DNA from: Kiritimatiellia bacterium
Lineage (GTDB): Bacteria > Verrucomicrobiota > Kiritimatiellia > SLOV01
Assembly (NCBI GenBank): GCA_963578625.1
Contig: CAUZEO010000003.1
Span: forward strand, 1-61,620
Direction of reading: 5' to 3'
Length of the DNA: 61,620 nt
How positions within the stretch are numbered: the first letter of the stretch is position 1; every line of letters begins with the position of its first letter. The notes beneath the pieces were generated by a model. That model saw only the letters and a program-made list of their open reading frames with translations, searched no databases and was not told the DNA's origin. Positions 25,626-34,257 of the stretch are shown here, one piece after another. Made by a program: the position numbers and the translations under genes.

Positions 25626-27827
25626 TCACAGACAAACGGTCACATCCCCCCGCCGGCTCTCGGGCGTCACCTTCAACTCAACCAGCTTCTGATCCCGATA
25701 CGTTCCCTCGATGATTGTTCCCAGGGGCGCGTGCAGCTTGAATTCCACATCCCAGTCTTTCGGCCAGGCCGGGAACAGGAGAACGTTGTCGGCGTCACGC
25801 TGAAACAACATGGATTGCAGTACAATCATGACCATCCCCCCATGGCACTGATCCGGCGTCCAGTCGAAATTGGGTCCCCAGAAGGCCGGAAATTTCATGT
25901 CGGTCTGCGCCCGCTCCCCGTCAACGAACCATTCCTCCTTCTGACTCCGGATCCGGACCAGGAGATTCTCGCGCGCTTCGTCCGTCAGTCCGAGGTAGGC
26001 CATGAAGGCCTCGTCCTGGTGCCACCCGACGTTGTTCGCGTCGTCCCGATGTCGCAGCGCCTCGATCGCCAGTTCGATATCCGGCTTGCCGACCCCATAC
26101 AGGCGGAATGGAAAAACTCCGTACAGTTCGGGATGTTCTTCGTTCTTCTTGTTCTCGAAACGCTCGGCAGGGGCAAGCATGGAGACTCCGTCCATGGTCC
26201 GCGTCGGAATCGGCGGCAGTTTGTCTCTGAGCGCCGACCAGAATGCCCGATCCTCCTCCGACGTCCGGTCGGCGGGCAGAGCCAGCAGTCGCTCGGTTAC
26301 CGCATACAATCCCGCGATCTCCGGCATCGGGTTCGTGCAGTCCCACCACGTTTCGCACGCCTGGGACGGTTCCATATTCATCTTTTGTCCGGGTTCCGCC
26401 GGATACTGCAGATCGAAGAATCTCAGTGCGTCGTTGGCAAAGGGCAGCAGGGTCTCCCGCAGCAACGTCTCATCGCCGGTGTGGGCATACGTATCCAGCA
26501 GCAGCCCCGCCAGTTCGAGACTACCCGTCCATTCGTACTTGTGCCACCCCGCCGGTTGCAGTTTCTCCTCGCGCTCCTCCCAGGGCGTCCATCCGTAGGT
26601 GTTGCCGACGGTGTCGCCCCAGAAGTAGATGGTCTCGGGAATGAAAATTCCTTCGTGTCCCACGTAGGCCTTTGTCCGGTATCGATTCAACTCGTGGAGG
26701 TCGCGGCAATACATTCGGAACAGGGGCTCCATACACTCGAAGTCGCCCGCCGGGCACATCGCGTAGTAGGGCAGCCGCGTGTTCTGCCACCAGTAGCCCG
26801 GTCCCCAGCGTCGCCAGTCCGCATCCCCGGGCTGTCCTTCGAACGGCACGTTGAAAATCGAGCCGTTGAACTTGATGGGAAACGCGCCTCGTCCCGCGCA
26901 GGCCTGAACGAACCGTTGCAGCGCGTAAGCCCGACCTGCCTCTGCCGCGTCCGTGCCGTCGCCACCGGAAATATGAATCCAGCTCCGGTCCCAGAACGAA
27001 TCCCACCAGGCTTCATGTTCCGACCGCCGAGCCCCGGCCGAGGTTTCGCCCACCGACCGGATGATCCCGTCCATTTCCGCAAGCCATGCCTCCGGCGATG
27101 ACGGATGCCGGGTCAACACCGCAATGGAAAACCGGTGGTTGCTCGCAGCCGGAGATTCCAGGGTGGTGTCATTCACGCACCGTCCTTCATCCGCCCACGC
27201 TATGGCGCCGAACGTCCGATGCAGCAGGGGATCCTCGCGCTCGAAACCGTCCAACCCCTGGATCTTCGCGTGCACTTCGGGGCCGACGGATTTCACATTG
27301 TGGTGGTACCACCCGATCCGGCGGTCCAGGCCGGTGATCAGCGTGTCGGGTTCCACAATCGTTTCACCCTGGGCCTCGTACGTTCCGTCGAATCCGGCGC
27401 CGGTCCATACGTCGCTAAGGGTGATCGAAGGAAGCTCTTCCCGTTCCGTGCGCCACAATTCGATAGATAGGGTCGCGGTCACGGGATCCGGCGAATTCGC
27501 TTCCAGTTGGATCAACGGGCGATTCGCGTCGACCCACAGCCGGAACCGGGCCTCTCCCCACTGGACTTCCAGGGTCGCGTCCTTGACCGTCAATGTCTGG
27601 GAGAAGGCGCCGGACGGGGCCGGATCCAGCGACACGCGAATCCGGCCGACTTTCAGCAGGCGGCCGTACTCATCCCAGCTGTCCGTCTTCCCGATATAGA
27701 AGACAAGATCGCCGTTCGCCTCGGTCCAGGCGTTCAGCCCGATGTCGCCGTTCCCCAACGGCATCGAATCATCGGCGCTGCGGCCCGGCTCGTCCCAGGT
27801 TACGAAGTAGGTTTCGACAGAATCCAT
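25626..27827 (-). CDS. DUF5703/GH95-like putative glycoside hydrolase
   Basis: N-terminus VTWDEPGRSADDSMPLGNGDIGLNAWTEANGDLVFYIGKTDSWDEYGRLLKVGRIRV matches my recollection of the DUF5703 N-domain. An (alpha/alpha)-type C-terminal part follows. There is no signal peptide. Confidence 0.6.
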   Translation of the reverse strand: MDSVETYFVTWDEPGRSADDSMPLGNGDIGLNAWTEANGDLVFYIGKTDSWDEYGRLLKVGRIRVSLDPAPSGAFSQTLTVKDATLEVQWGEARFRLWVDANRPLIQLEANSPDPVTATLSIELWRTEREELPSITLSDVWTGAGFDGTYEAQGETIVEPDTLITGLDRRIGWYHHNVKSVGPEVHAKIQGLDGFEREDPLLHRTFGAIAWADEGRCVNDTTLESPAASNHRFSIAVLTRHPSSPEAWLAEMDGIIRSVGETSAGARRSEHEAWWDSFWDRSWIHISGGDGTDAAEAGRAYALQRFVQACAGRGAFPIKFNGSIFNVPFEGQPGDADWRRWGPGYWWQNTRLPYYAMCPAGDFECMEPLFRMYCRDLHELNRYRTKAYVGHEGIFIPETIYFWGDTVGNTYGWTPWEEREEKLQPAGWHKYEWTGSLELAGLLLDTYAHTGDETLLRETLLPFANDALRFFDLQYPAEPGQKMNMEPSQACETWWDCTNPMPEIAGLYAVTERLLALPADRTSEEDRAFWSALRDKLPPIPTRTMDGVSMLAPAERFENKKNEEHPELYGVFPFRLYGVGKPDIELAIEALRHRDDANNVGWHQDEAFMAYLGLTDEARENLLVRIRSQKEEWFVDGERAQTDMKFPAFWGPNFDWTPDQCHGGMVMIVLQSMLFQRDADNVLLFPAWPKDWDVEFKLHAPLGTIIEGTYRDQKLVELKVTPESRRGDVTVCL

Positions 27828-27991
27828 CCAATTCAGCCCGCTTGTAGATGTTCGCGCTTCACCACGGCGACAACGGAGTAGGTGTCGTTGTATCCGCCCT
27901 GCTGTTCGATCTCGCTGACGCTCATGTCACTGTGCTCCCTCTGGGATGGCAATGCCTCCCTTATGGTGCGGGCAGAGGAGGAATGCAACCT

Positions 27992-29470
27992 TCAATCGGT
28001 GGTATTCAGGCGCCGCTGGAAGTATGGATTACCCTTGCCGCGATCGGGCAGCGCCGAAGCCTCCAACAGATGCCGCGGCATCCGGTTGCGGAGGTCCCGT
28101 ACGACGCTTTGAGTTTTTTCCTCCCCGAACCGGTTCATGCGCTCGAGCGGATCCGCCGCCAGGTCGTACAGCTCCCCCGGCTCGCCGTGGTAGTGCATAT
28201 ACTTCCACTGGTCCGTGCGTACGCTCGTCACACACGGGTCCACGCAGGCTTCCCGGACCTGCTTTCCATTCTCGTTCACGCAGTGCGTAACCCACTCACT
28301 CAGTACGTGCTCCCGATGCACGCGCGCGGGATTCTCCAGGACCGGAACCAGGCTCCGCCCGGAACCCGGAGAAGGATCCGGCACCCCCGCCAATTCGAGA
28401 ACCGTGGGCATTACGTCGATCGTCTCCACCAACCCGGCGTACCGCATCGGTCTCCGGCGACCCGGTTCCGCAATGACCAGGGGCACATGCAATGCCCCGT
28501 CGTAGAGATGCTCCTTGTATAGAAGTCCATGCTCTCCGATGAAGTCCCCGTGGTCGCTCATGAAGACAACCAGCGTGCTGTCTGCGAGCCCGGTGGCTTC
28601 CAAGGTCTGGAGGATTTTCCCTACCCCCGCATCCACCTGGCTGCAGAGAGCCGCGTAGTGCCGGCGAACCTCTTGGAAGTCTTTCGGCTTCAATTCGTCC
28701 CATCCCCACGACTCCGCGGTTGCGCGAACCCGTGGAGGCACCTGCTCCCATTCCCCCGTTGAAAACGGTGGTGCATCAACCGCCGCGCCGCGGTAGAGAT
28801 CCAGGAACTCGGGTAGCGGATTGTACGGACTGTGAGGCCGGACGAAAGATGCGTAATGGAAAAACGGATCGTCGCCCGCCTCCTCCAGCAGCGCGCAGGT
28901 ATTGTCCGCAACCCAAAATGTTTCCTCCAGGCCGGCGTCCATGCCGCAGACGCCGACACCGCTGGTCGTGCTGAACCACTCCGTTGACTCCTCGGGACCG
29001 GCGCGGCCGGCGAGAAAGTTCTCGTAGGCGTCGAGATCGAGCTCATCGAGCAGGAGTTCCTCGTGAAGCTCCCGATGCTCAAATCCGAAGCTCCGCTGCG
29101 CGGGGGCAAGGTGAAGCTTGCCAGCCATGGTGGTCCGGTACCCGGCATCGCGAAAAATCTCCGGTAGAAGCGGCTCATCCTTGCGAATGGGAACCCCGTT
29201 CCACCAGACGCCGTGTTCATGAACATACCGCCCGCTGAAAATGCACGCCCGGCTGGGTCCGCAGATTGGCGCCTGCGCGAAGACCTGCTCGAAAACGGCG
29301 CCGCGGCTTGCAAGCCGGTCGAGATGCGGCGTCTGCACGTACGAATGGCCGGCAAATCCGGCATGGTCGCCACGCATCTGATCGGCCATGAGCCAGAGGA
29401 TATTTTTGATTTTTGGGTTTTGATTTTTGATTGGGGGGACTCGTCTGGGATTCAAGCGTAGAGGCGGCAC
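27992..29470 (-). CDS. Cys-type (formylglycine) sulfatase, no signal peptide
   Basis: ILWLMADQMRGD and PICGPSRACIFSGRY (C-x-P-x-R) are present, with DHGDFIGEHG later. The GTG start at 29470 is the longest possible start. The N-terminus is polar (MPPLRLNPRRVPPIKNQNPKIKN). Confidence 0.85.
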   Translation of the reverse strand: MPPLRLNPRRVPPIKNQNPKIKNILWLMADQMRGDHAGFAGHSYVQTPHLDRLASRGAVFEQVFAQAPICGPSRACIFSGRYVHEHGVWWNGVPIRKDEPLLPEIFRDAGYRTTMAGKLHLAPAQRSFGFEHRELHEELLLDELDLDAYENFLAGRAGPEESTEWFSTTSGVGVCGMDAGLEETFWVADNTCALLEEAGDDPFFHYASFVRPHSPYNPLPEFLDLYRGAAVDAPPFSTGEWEQVPPRVRATAESWGWDELKPKDFQEVRRHYAALCSQVDAGVGKILQTLEATGLADSTLVVFMSDHGDFIGEHGLLYKEHLYDGALHVPLVIAEPGRRRPMRYAGLVETIDVMPTVLELAGVPDPSPGSGRSLVPVLENPARVHREHVLSEWVTHCVNENGKQVREACVDPCVTSVRTDQWKYMHYHGEPGELYDLAADPLERMNRFGEEKTQSVVRDLRNRMPRHLLEASALPDRGKGNPYFQRRLNTTD

Positions 29471-31026
29471 GGGTCATCGTAGGGAATCACGGAGACGGGA
29501 CGGTCGCCACGCCAGGATAACGTGTACTCGTGCCCGCTGACGGGCATGGTCTCGACGGTGGTGCGTTCCGGGAGCTCGAACGACAACCGGGCTTCGGCGC
29601 CCGGGGGGAGCTGGGTCCGCGAAATCAGGACGTACGGATCCCTTTCACTCCATTCGCACGCCTCGCCGTCCACCGTCACGGTGACGGATTGTTCGGGCGC
29701 CCATCCCGGCAGACGCAATTGCAAGTCGCCTTCGTGTTTTGGACGGCACCGAACGGAGGCCGTGCCGCTGCGCGCGACGGAGAGGCTGCACTCGGGCCCG
29801 TCGTAGTCAAAGTGCAGGTTCACGCGAAGACCGTTTTCATTCCGCTCGACAATATGATCATACGCGTCGAGCTCCGTATGCAGCACGGCGGCCAGAATAT
29901 CTAAGACCACGCCGCCCCGCGAATAGGGTGGCGAGTAGGGACCCCAGCCGCCAACCAACTTCGGCAGGGACGACGGGGTTCGTTCACCGGGGAACTCCTG
30001 GTCTTCGGAAACGATCTGGCAGGGGAGGATGCGGGCGCGCATCAGGCGCTCCACGTCGTCGAAAAGTCTCGGCTGGTCATCGTGCAGGGCGAGCCAGAGC
30101 GCAATCTGGAGGGCATCCCCGCAACTGGCCGGCTCCGCAAACGGGTCGCCGTTATCGTCCGGGTACCGGACCATTCCAAGGTCGTGTGGAGTCCATCCGG
30201 ACTCTGACATGATCGATTTCGGAATTCCCACATGGTACGTCGCGGCCACGCGGTCGACATATTCCCGCTGCCCCGTCTCCAGCCCGAACAGAAGAAGCCC
30301 CCGCAGCGTGCCCAGGTAGGAGTGACAGTGGCCGATGTTCGTAGGTTCGAGGATTTCCGATCGAACCGATCCATCCGGCGACGTGCTGTTCTCCAGATGG
30401 TGCGCGGCGATCCGTTCGGCCACCTGTATCGCCAGGGGATCACCGGTTGCCTGGTAGTACCAAACGATGCCCTCGAGACAACGGCCGGTCGTCTCCGTGC
30501 TGTCGGACCAACCGTCCTGCGCTGGAATGCCGGCGCCCACATCCGCGGTCCCCCGTTTCGGCACCCGCATGGGAATCTGTCCCCAACATACCAAGCGCTC
30601 TACGTCGAGCGCGCCGTCCGGGCGGAGGCATCGATCCAGCGTTTCGAGAAGACGACGGGCGGCCTCACGGGCCCATTCACTCTCCCGGTAGCGAACCAGG
30701 GCATGGAAGGCGATCATCGCCTCGCGCAGGTTGTGCAACGTAATCTGCACGATGAGCCCCTTGAATTCCTGGCTGTTGAGAAGCAACCCGTCGGGGTTGT
30801 CCGTCATGCGCTGCAGGTTGTGCAGCATCGCCGCCTCGAGTTCCGAGGGGATCTCGAAATCGGTGGAGGCTTCCAGCCGGAGCACGGCGTCCCACCAGCG
30901 CCCCACATCGTGGGCGACCTCCCACCCGCCCGTCGGCAGAAAGTGAAAGTCTCGGTCCAGCCAGTTCAGGCAGCATTGTCCGGCGAGCAGCATGGATTCA
31001 TGCAGAGAGATTTGACGTTCGCTCAT
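29452..31026 (-). CDS. Hypothetical (alpha/alpha)-toroid-like protein, possible glycosidase
   Basis: ATG at 31026 overlaps the TGA of the upstream gene (ATGA). Helix-rich repeats include GRCLEGIVWYYQATGDPLAIQVAERI and a beta-rich C-terminal domain follows. The family is not recognised with confidence. Confidence 0.5.
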   Translation of the reverse strand: MSERQISLHESMLLAGQCCLNWLDRDFHFLPTGGWEVAHDVGRWWDAVLRLEASTDFEIPSELEAAMLHNLQRMTDNPDGLLLNSQEFKGLIVQITLHNLREAMIAFHALVRYRESEWAREAARRLLETLDRCLRPDGALDVERLVCWGQIPMRVPKRGTADVGAGIPAQDGWSDSTETTGRCLEGIVWYYQATGDPLAIQVAERIAAHHLENSTSPDGSVRSEILEPTNIGHCHSYLGTLRGLLLFGLETGQREYVDRVAATYHVGIPKSIMSESGWTPHDLGMVRYPDDNGDPFAEPASCGDALQIALWLALHDDQPRLFDDVERLMRARILPCQIVSEDQEFPGERTPSSLPKLVGGWGPYSPPYSRGGVVLDILAAVLHTELDAYDHIVERNENGLRVNLHFDYDGPECSLSVARSGTASVRCRPKHEGDLQLRLPGWAPEQSVTVTVDGEACEWSERDPYVLISRTQLPPGAEARLSFELPERTTVETMPVSGHEYTLSWRGDRPVSVIPYDDPCRLYA

Positions 31027-32366
31027 TGTTTGAACCGTATCTGAATATCGTCCACGTAGCATGTATAGCCGTTCCAGTAGTTCTCTCCAAGCTGCAGAAT
31101 CCTGAATCCATCCTGGGCATCTGTCCGGCCAACTTCCCGGCCGTCAATGTAGAAGACGATCCCCTCCCCTTTCGTGACATCCCACTTGAGCTCGTGCCAT
31201 TCCCGGGATCGCTCGATGGAAGTCGTCGGCGACGTCTCTGCCCCCTTCGATCCCGCACCGAAGTCACGGCTGCAATAGGGACAAGGCATACGCGGGCCAC
31301 CAAAACAACTGTAATGATTCGCCGCTTCGCGATAGGCACCGAGCGCGACGGCCCGGTTTCCGCCAGAATGCGGGAACACCGCGCCGCGCTCATCCACCAG
31401 GGAAAACATTCGGGTATGCCCGTGGCCTTCCATGCCGTCGAAAAACTGAAGCGACACGATGCAATCGGTCAGTCGCTCGGCGAACGGCAGTTCCACGATG
31501 CCCCACTCCCCGGTGAACTTGAGGCTTTGCCGTCCGCTGTACGCCTGCTCGGTCGTGAGACGCGGATTGACATCCGTATCGGCCTCCTGCCAGGAGCCCC
31601 CGAGCTGTGTCACCAACCCATGCTGCAAGCCCTGATCCTCAAAATCAAACGTGTCCGGAATTTCATCCCGTGGTATTGCCTTGCCGGACCGTTGCAATCG
31701 TAGTTTTCCGAGCCACACGAGGCTGGGCTGGCGTACAATGCCTTCGACCTTCGGCACACCGACGAAATGAAAGAGTACGTTCAACCGGGAGGCGCGTGGT
31801 CCGGTGGTGTACGGGAGCGAGAACGGCATGAGGTCGGCGGAATTCGGGGTGTTTACCATTTGACGGTGATCACTGTCCACTGAGTGGAGTTCCGAAATCC
31901 CGGTTTCCTCGAACCGGCAGTGCGACTCCAGCCAGTTGATGTTTCGGGTCTTGATCTCCCCGGTCAGCCGGTAGGTCGTACCCGGCTCCACGGGAAGGTC
32001 GAGTTGTCCAAGGGTAGCGTGGTTGTCCACGTCCGTGTCCGTGAATTCGAACTTCAGATGCGTGCCCGGGCCTGGTTCGGAAGCTACACGGACCGTCCCG
32101 GCGAAGGCCTTGAGATGCCATGGCCCCAGAACGCGGTGCTCGCCGACGCGTATTTCCTTGTCGTGCTCAACGTATGTCAGGTCGGATGGCTCGCCGCCAC
32201 CGGAGAGGACGATGGGCACCCCACCGGACGCGGCCTGGAACTCCTGCAACAACTCGTCCTGCAGGATGTTCCCGGAATGCGACGGGGCGGCCGCCGCGGA
32301 GGACATGCACGTAAACCATGCGATCGCAACGAGAATGTATCTCTCGACTCTGCTATGTTTCATCAT
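31023..32366 (-). CDS. Secreted CBM-like + LamG-like protein, family member 2
   Basis: Signal peptide RYILVAIAWFTCMSSAAAAP. The C-terminus VFYIDGREVGRTDAQDGFRILQLGENYWNGYTCYVDDIQI parallels 20079..21353 and 43290..44504. Confidence 0.7.
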   Translation of the reverse strand: MMKHSRVERYILVAIAWFTCMSSAAAAPSHSGNILQDELLQEFQAASGGVPIVLSGGGEPSDLTYVEHDKEIRVGEHRVLGPWHLKAFAGTVRVASEPGPGTHLKFEFTDTDVDNHATLGQLDLPVEPGTTYRLTGEIKTRNINWLESHCRFEETGISELHSVDSDHRQMVNTPNSADLMPFSLPYTTGPRASRLNVLFHFVGVPKVEGIVRQPSLVWLGKLRLQRSGKAIPRDEIPDTFDFEDQGLQHGLVTQLGGSWQEADTDVNPRLTTEQAYSGRQSLKFTGEWGIVELPFAERLTDCIVSLQFFDGMEGHGHTRMFSLVDERGAVFPHSGGNRAVALGAYREAANHYSCFGGPRMPCPYCSRDFGAGSKGAETSPTTSIERSREWHELKWDVTKGEGIVFYIDGREVGRTDAQDGFRILQLGENYWNGYTCYVDDIQIRFKQ

Positions 32367-32438
32367 CGTCCAGACGGATGTGCCGACCCAGTTTCTTCTC
32401 GGCTCTCTTGTCCAATCGTCCCTCCCGTCACAGACACC

Positions 32439-34214
32439 CTACCAGGGCGGCGCATTCGCCGGGAACACGATCCGCCCCAACGGAAAGCGTTCATGAGACT
32501 CCGGATACCGGAATTCGCACCGCCGCCGCGGATCGACGCGGTCGACCATCTCGAGGTCCTTCGCCAACTCCTCGGTCGTGGCGAGGGCGCGGTTGTCTCT
32601 CCGGAAATAGAAATGGCCGAAGGAGGCATCAACAGGAATCCATCCCCGGTGGCACCGGACGGTGGTGATGATGTGTCCCAGCACCAGGGTCGGATAGGCC
32701 TCGAAGGCGCCGCCGTCGCCGGCCGGCATCTTCGACAACAGGCCCGCCAGAACGTTCGCCCGCGCATAGCAGTCGCCCGCCCCGAGGCGAAGCGTGGACA
32801 GGGGAGTCAGCAGGTATTCCAGCGACGTGGATTCGGGCGAATGATTCGTGAACGCCGGACCACTCCCCACCATCGTTGCGGCGATCAGGCGATCCTCCCG
32901 GATTTTAAACTTTTCCGAAATCCATGTCGCGATCCGCTCCATCGCTCCCTCTTCCAGAAGCGGAAATTCCATCGAGCCGTCGACGGCAGCGATGACCATG
33001 CCGTTTCGCCGCGTAAATGCGGGCAACCGGCTGGCGATGAAGTCCCGCTTTTTCGCCACGAAGTCGGGATCGTTCGGCGACGGATCCGGGGTCGGTTCGT
33101 TGTATTGATCGGCAAACCGATGCTCATAGACGTATCCCGCGTTACGGGTGTTCGGATACGCCGCTTCATAGCAGGCCCGGCCGCTGCGCCGGGCGGTAAT
33201 CCGGAATCGTCCGTCGCAGGCGCGGGATGGAACCTCGATCTCCAGGCTCACCCCCGACTCCGAATCCGGAGACAGGGTGACCTGCCGCACGTTGCTTTCC
33301 GTCGGGTCCGCCCGTGGGCCGGGCTCGGGTTTGTCATCGTCGGACTCGTAGCGGCAGACAAGATCGAAACATCCAACGCCGGGCGGGAAACGGAACTCCA
33401 GCCGGTTCGAACCAAAGTAGGGGGACGTGAAATGTACCATGGTCGGCGCAACGGCCTCGTCCGTCATCAGCAGATGCCCGAACTGGCGCGGATCCCTCGC
33501 CGTAGACCCGATGCTGGAGCCCCAGGTGGACTCTTCCCCAAAGTCGCGGTGGCGGTGGCGGCTGAGGTTCAATCCCATCACGACCGATTCCGATGCGTCC
33601 AGCTCATCCAGTGCGATCAAGAGCGCAGTTCGCCACTCGTCATTACTCCGCCACGCCGCGGTCCTGTATTCCGGCGACCACTCCAACCGCTCGCGCGGCA
33701 CGATCGGATGATTGTTGCTCGGACAGAACCACCGCCGGTGTTCACGTGCATTGGCGGCAGTGATGATGACTTCGGACATGAACTCATGGCCGCAGGGCCC
33801 GTCAAAGAAGAATCCGATATGATCGTCCTTGTCCGGCGAGTAGTCCATGCAGGTTCCCGGCAGGCGCACCGCCGATTCGCCCTCCGGTATCAGCGTGCGA
33901 ACCCCGTCCATGTGGGGTTCCACCGCGCGGGCAACGGCCAGTAGATGATCCCCGTCGGTATAAAACACCGCTTCGGTTGCGGGTTTCGACGGCTCGCCGT
34001 TGTGCGAAAAAAAGAGGTCACGAATCTTGTGGGGCGTATCGAAGAGGGCCTCGGTGGCGCACGCCGACTCCGGATCCGGCAAACCGTTTACCCGATGCAC
34101 TCGAACTTGTGACAGGAGCAACCGGTTCAGATCACGTTGCAGATATCGGAGTCTCTGGAAATAACGCTCCGGGCTTTCAGGCCCACGAAATGATTGATGG
34201 TCTGCGGCGTTCAT
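32439..34214 (-). CDS. Hypothetical protein: CBM9/DOMON-like N-domain + transglutaminase-like Cys-His-Asp C-domain
   Basis: DDHIGFFFDGPCGHEFMSEVIITAAN resembles the CBM9-type block. In the C-terminal part, GAGDCYARANVLAGLL, then LVLGHIITTV, then WIPVDASFG fit a transglutaminase-core C/H/D arrangement. Confidence 0.6.
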   Translation of the reverse strand: MNAADHQSFRGPESPERYFQRLRYLQRDLNRLLLSQVRVHRVNGLPDPESACATEALFDTPHKIRDLFFSHNGEPSKPATEAVFYTDGDHLLAVARAVEPHMDGVRTLIPEGESAVRLPGTCMDYSPDKDDHIGFFFDGPCGHEFMSEVIITAANAREHRRWFCPSNNHPIVPRERLEWSPEYRTAAWRSNDEWRTALLIALDELDASESVVMGLNLSRHRHRDFGEESTWGSSIGSTARDPRQFGHLLMTDEAVAPTMVHFTSPYFGSNRLEFRFPPGVGCFDLVCRYESDDDKPEPGPRADPTESNVRQVTLSPDSESGVSLEIEVPSRACDGRFRITARRSGRACYEAAYPNTRNAGYVYEHRFADQYNEPTPDPSPNDPDFVAKKRDFIASRLPAFTRRNGMVIAAVDGSMEFPLLEEGAMERIATWISEKFKIREDRLIAATMVGSGPAFTNHSPESTSLEYLLTPLSTLRLGAGDCYARANVLAGLLSKMPAGDGGAFEAYPTLVLGHIITTVRCHRGWIPVDASFGHFYFRRDNRALATTEELAKDLEMVDRVDPRRRCEFRYPESHERFPLGRIVFPANAPPW

Positions 34215-34257
34215 CTGTGTAAACCTAATAAACTAGCAGGAATGGAGCAAGAAAAGC

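Noticed and set aside
31884-33944. 686-aa plus-strand ORF, with similar long ORFs at 25614..27101, 54445..55710, 37946..40372(-), 40937..42145(-) and 4257..5387(-)
   Set aside because: All lie opposite genes with clear family motifs and show the same Arg/Gly/Pro/His-biased composition. I treat them as GC-driven antisense ORFs.
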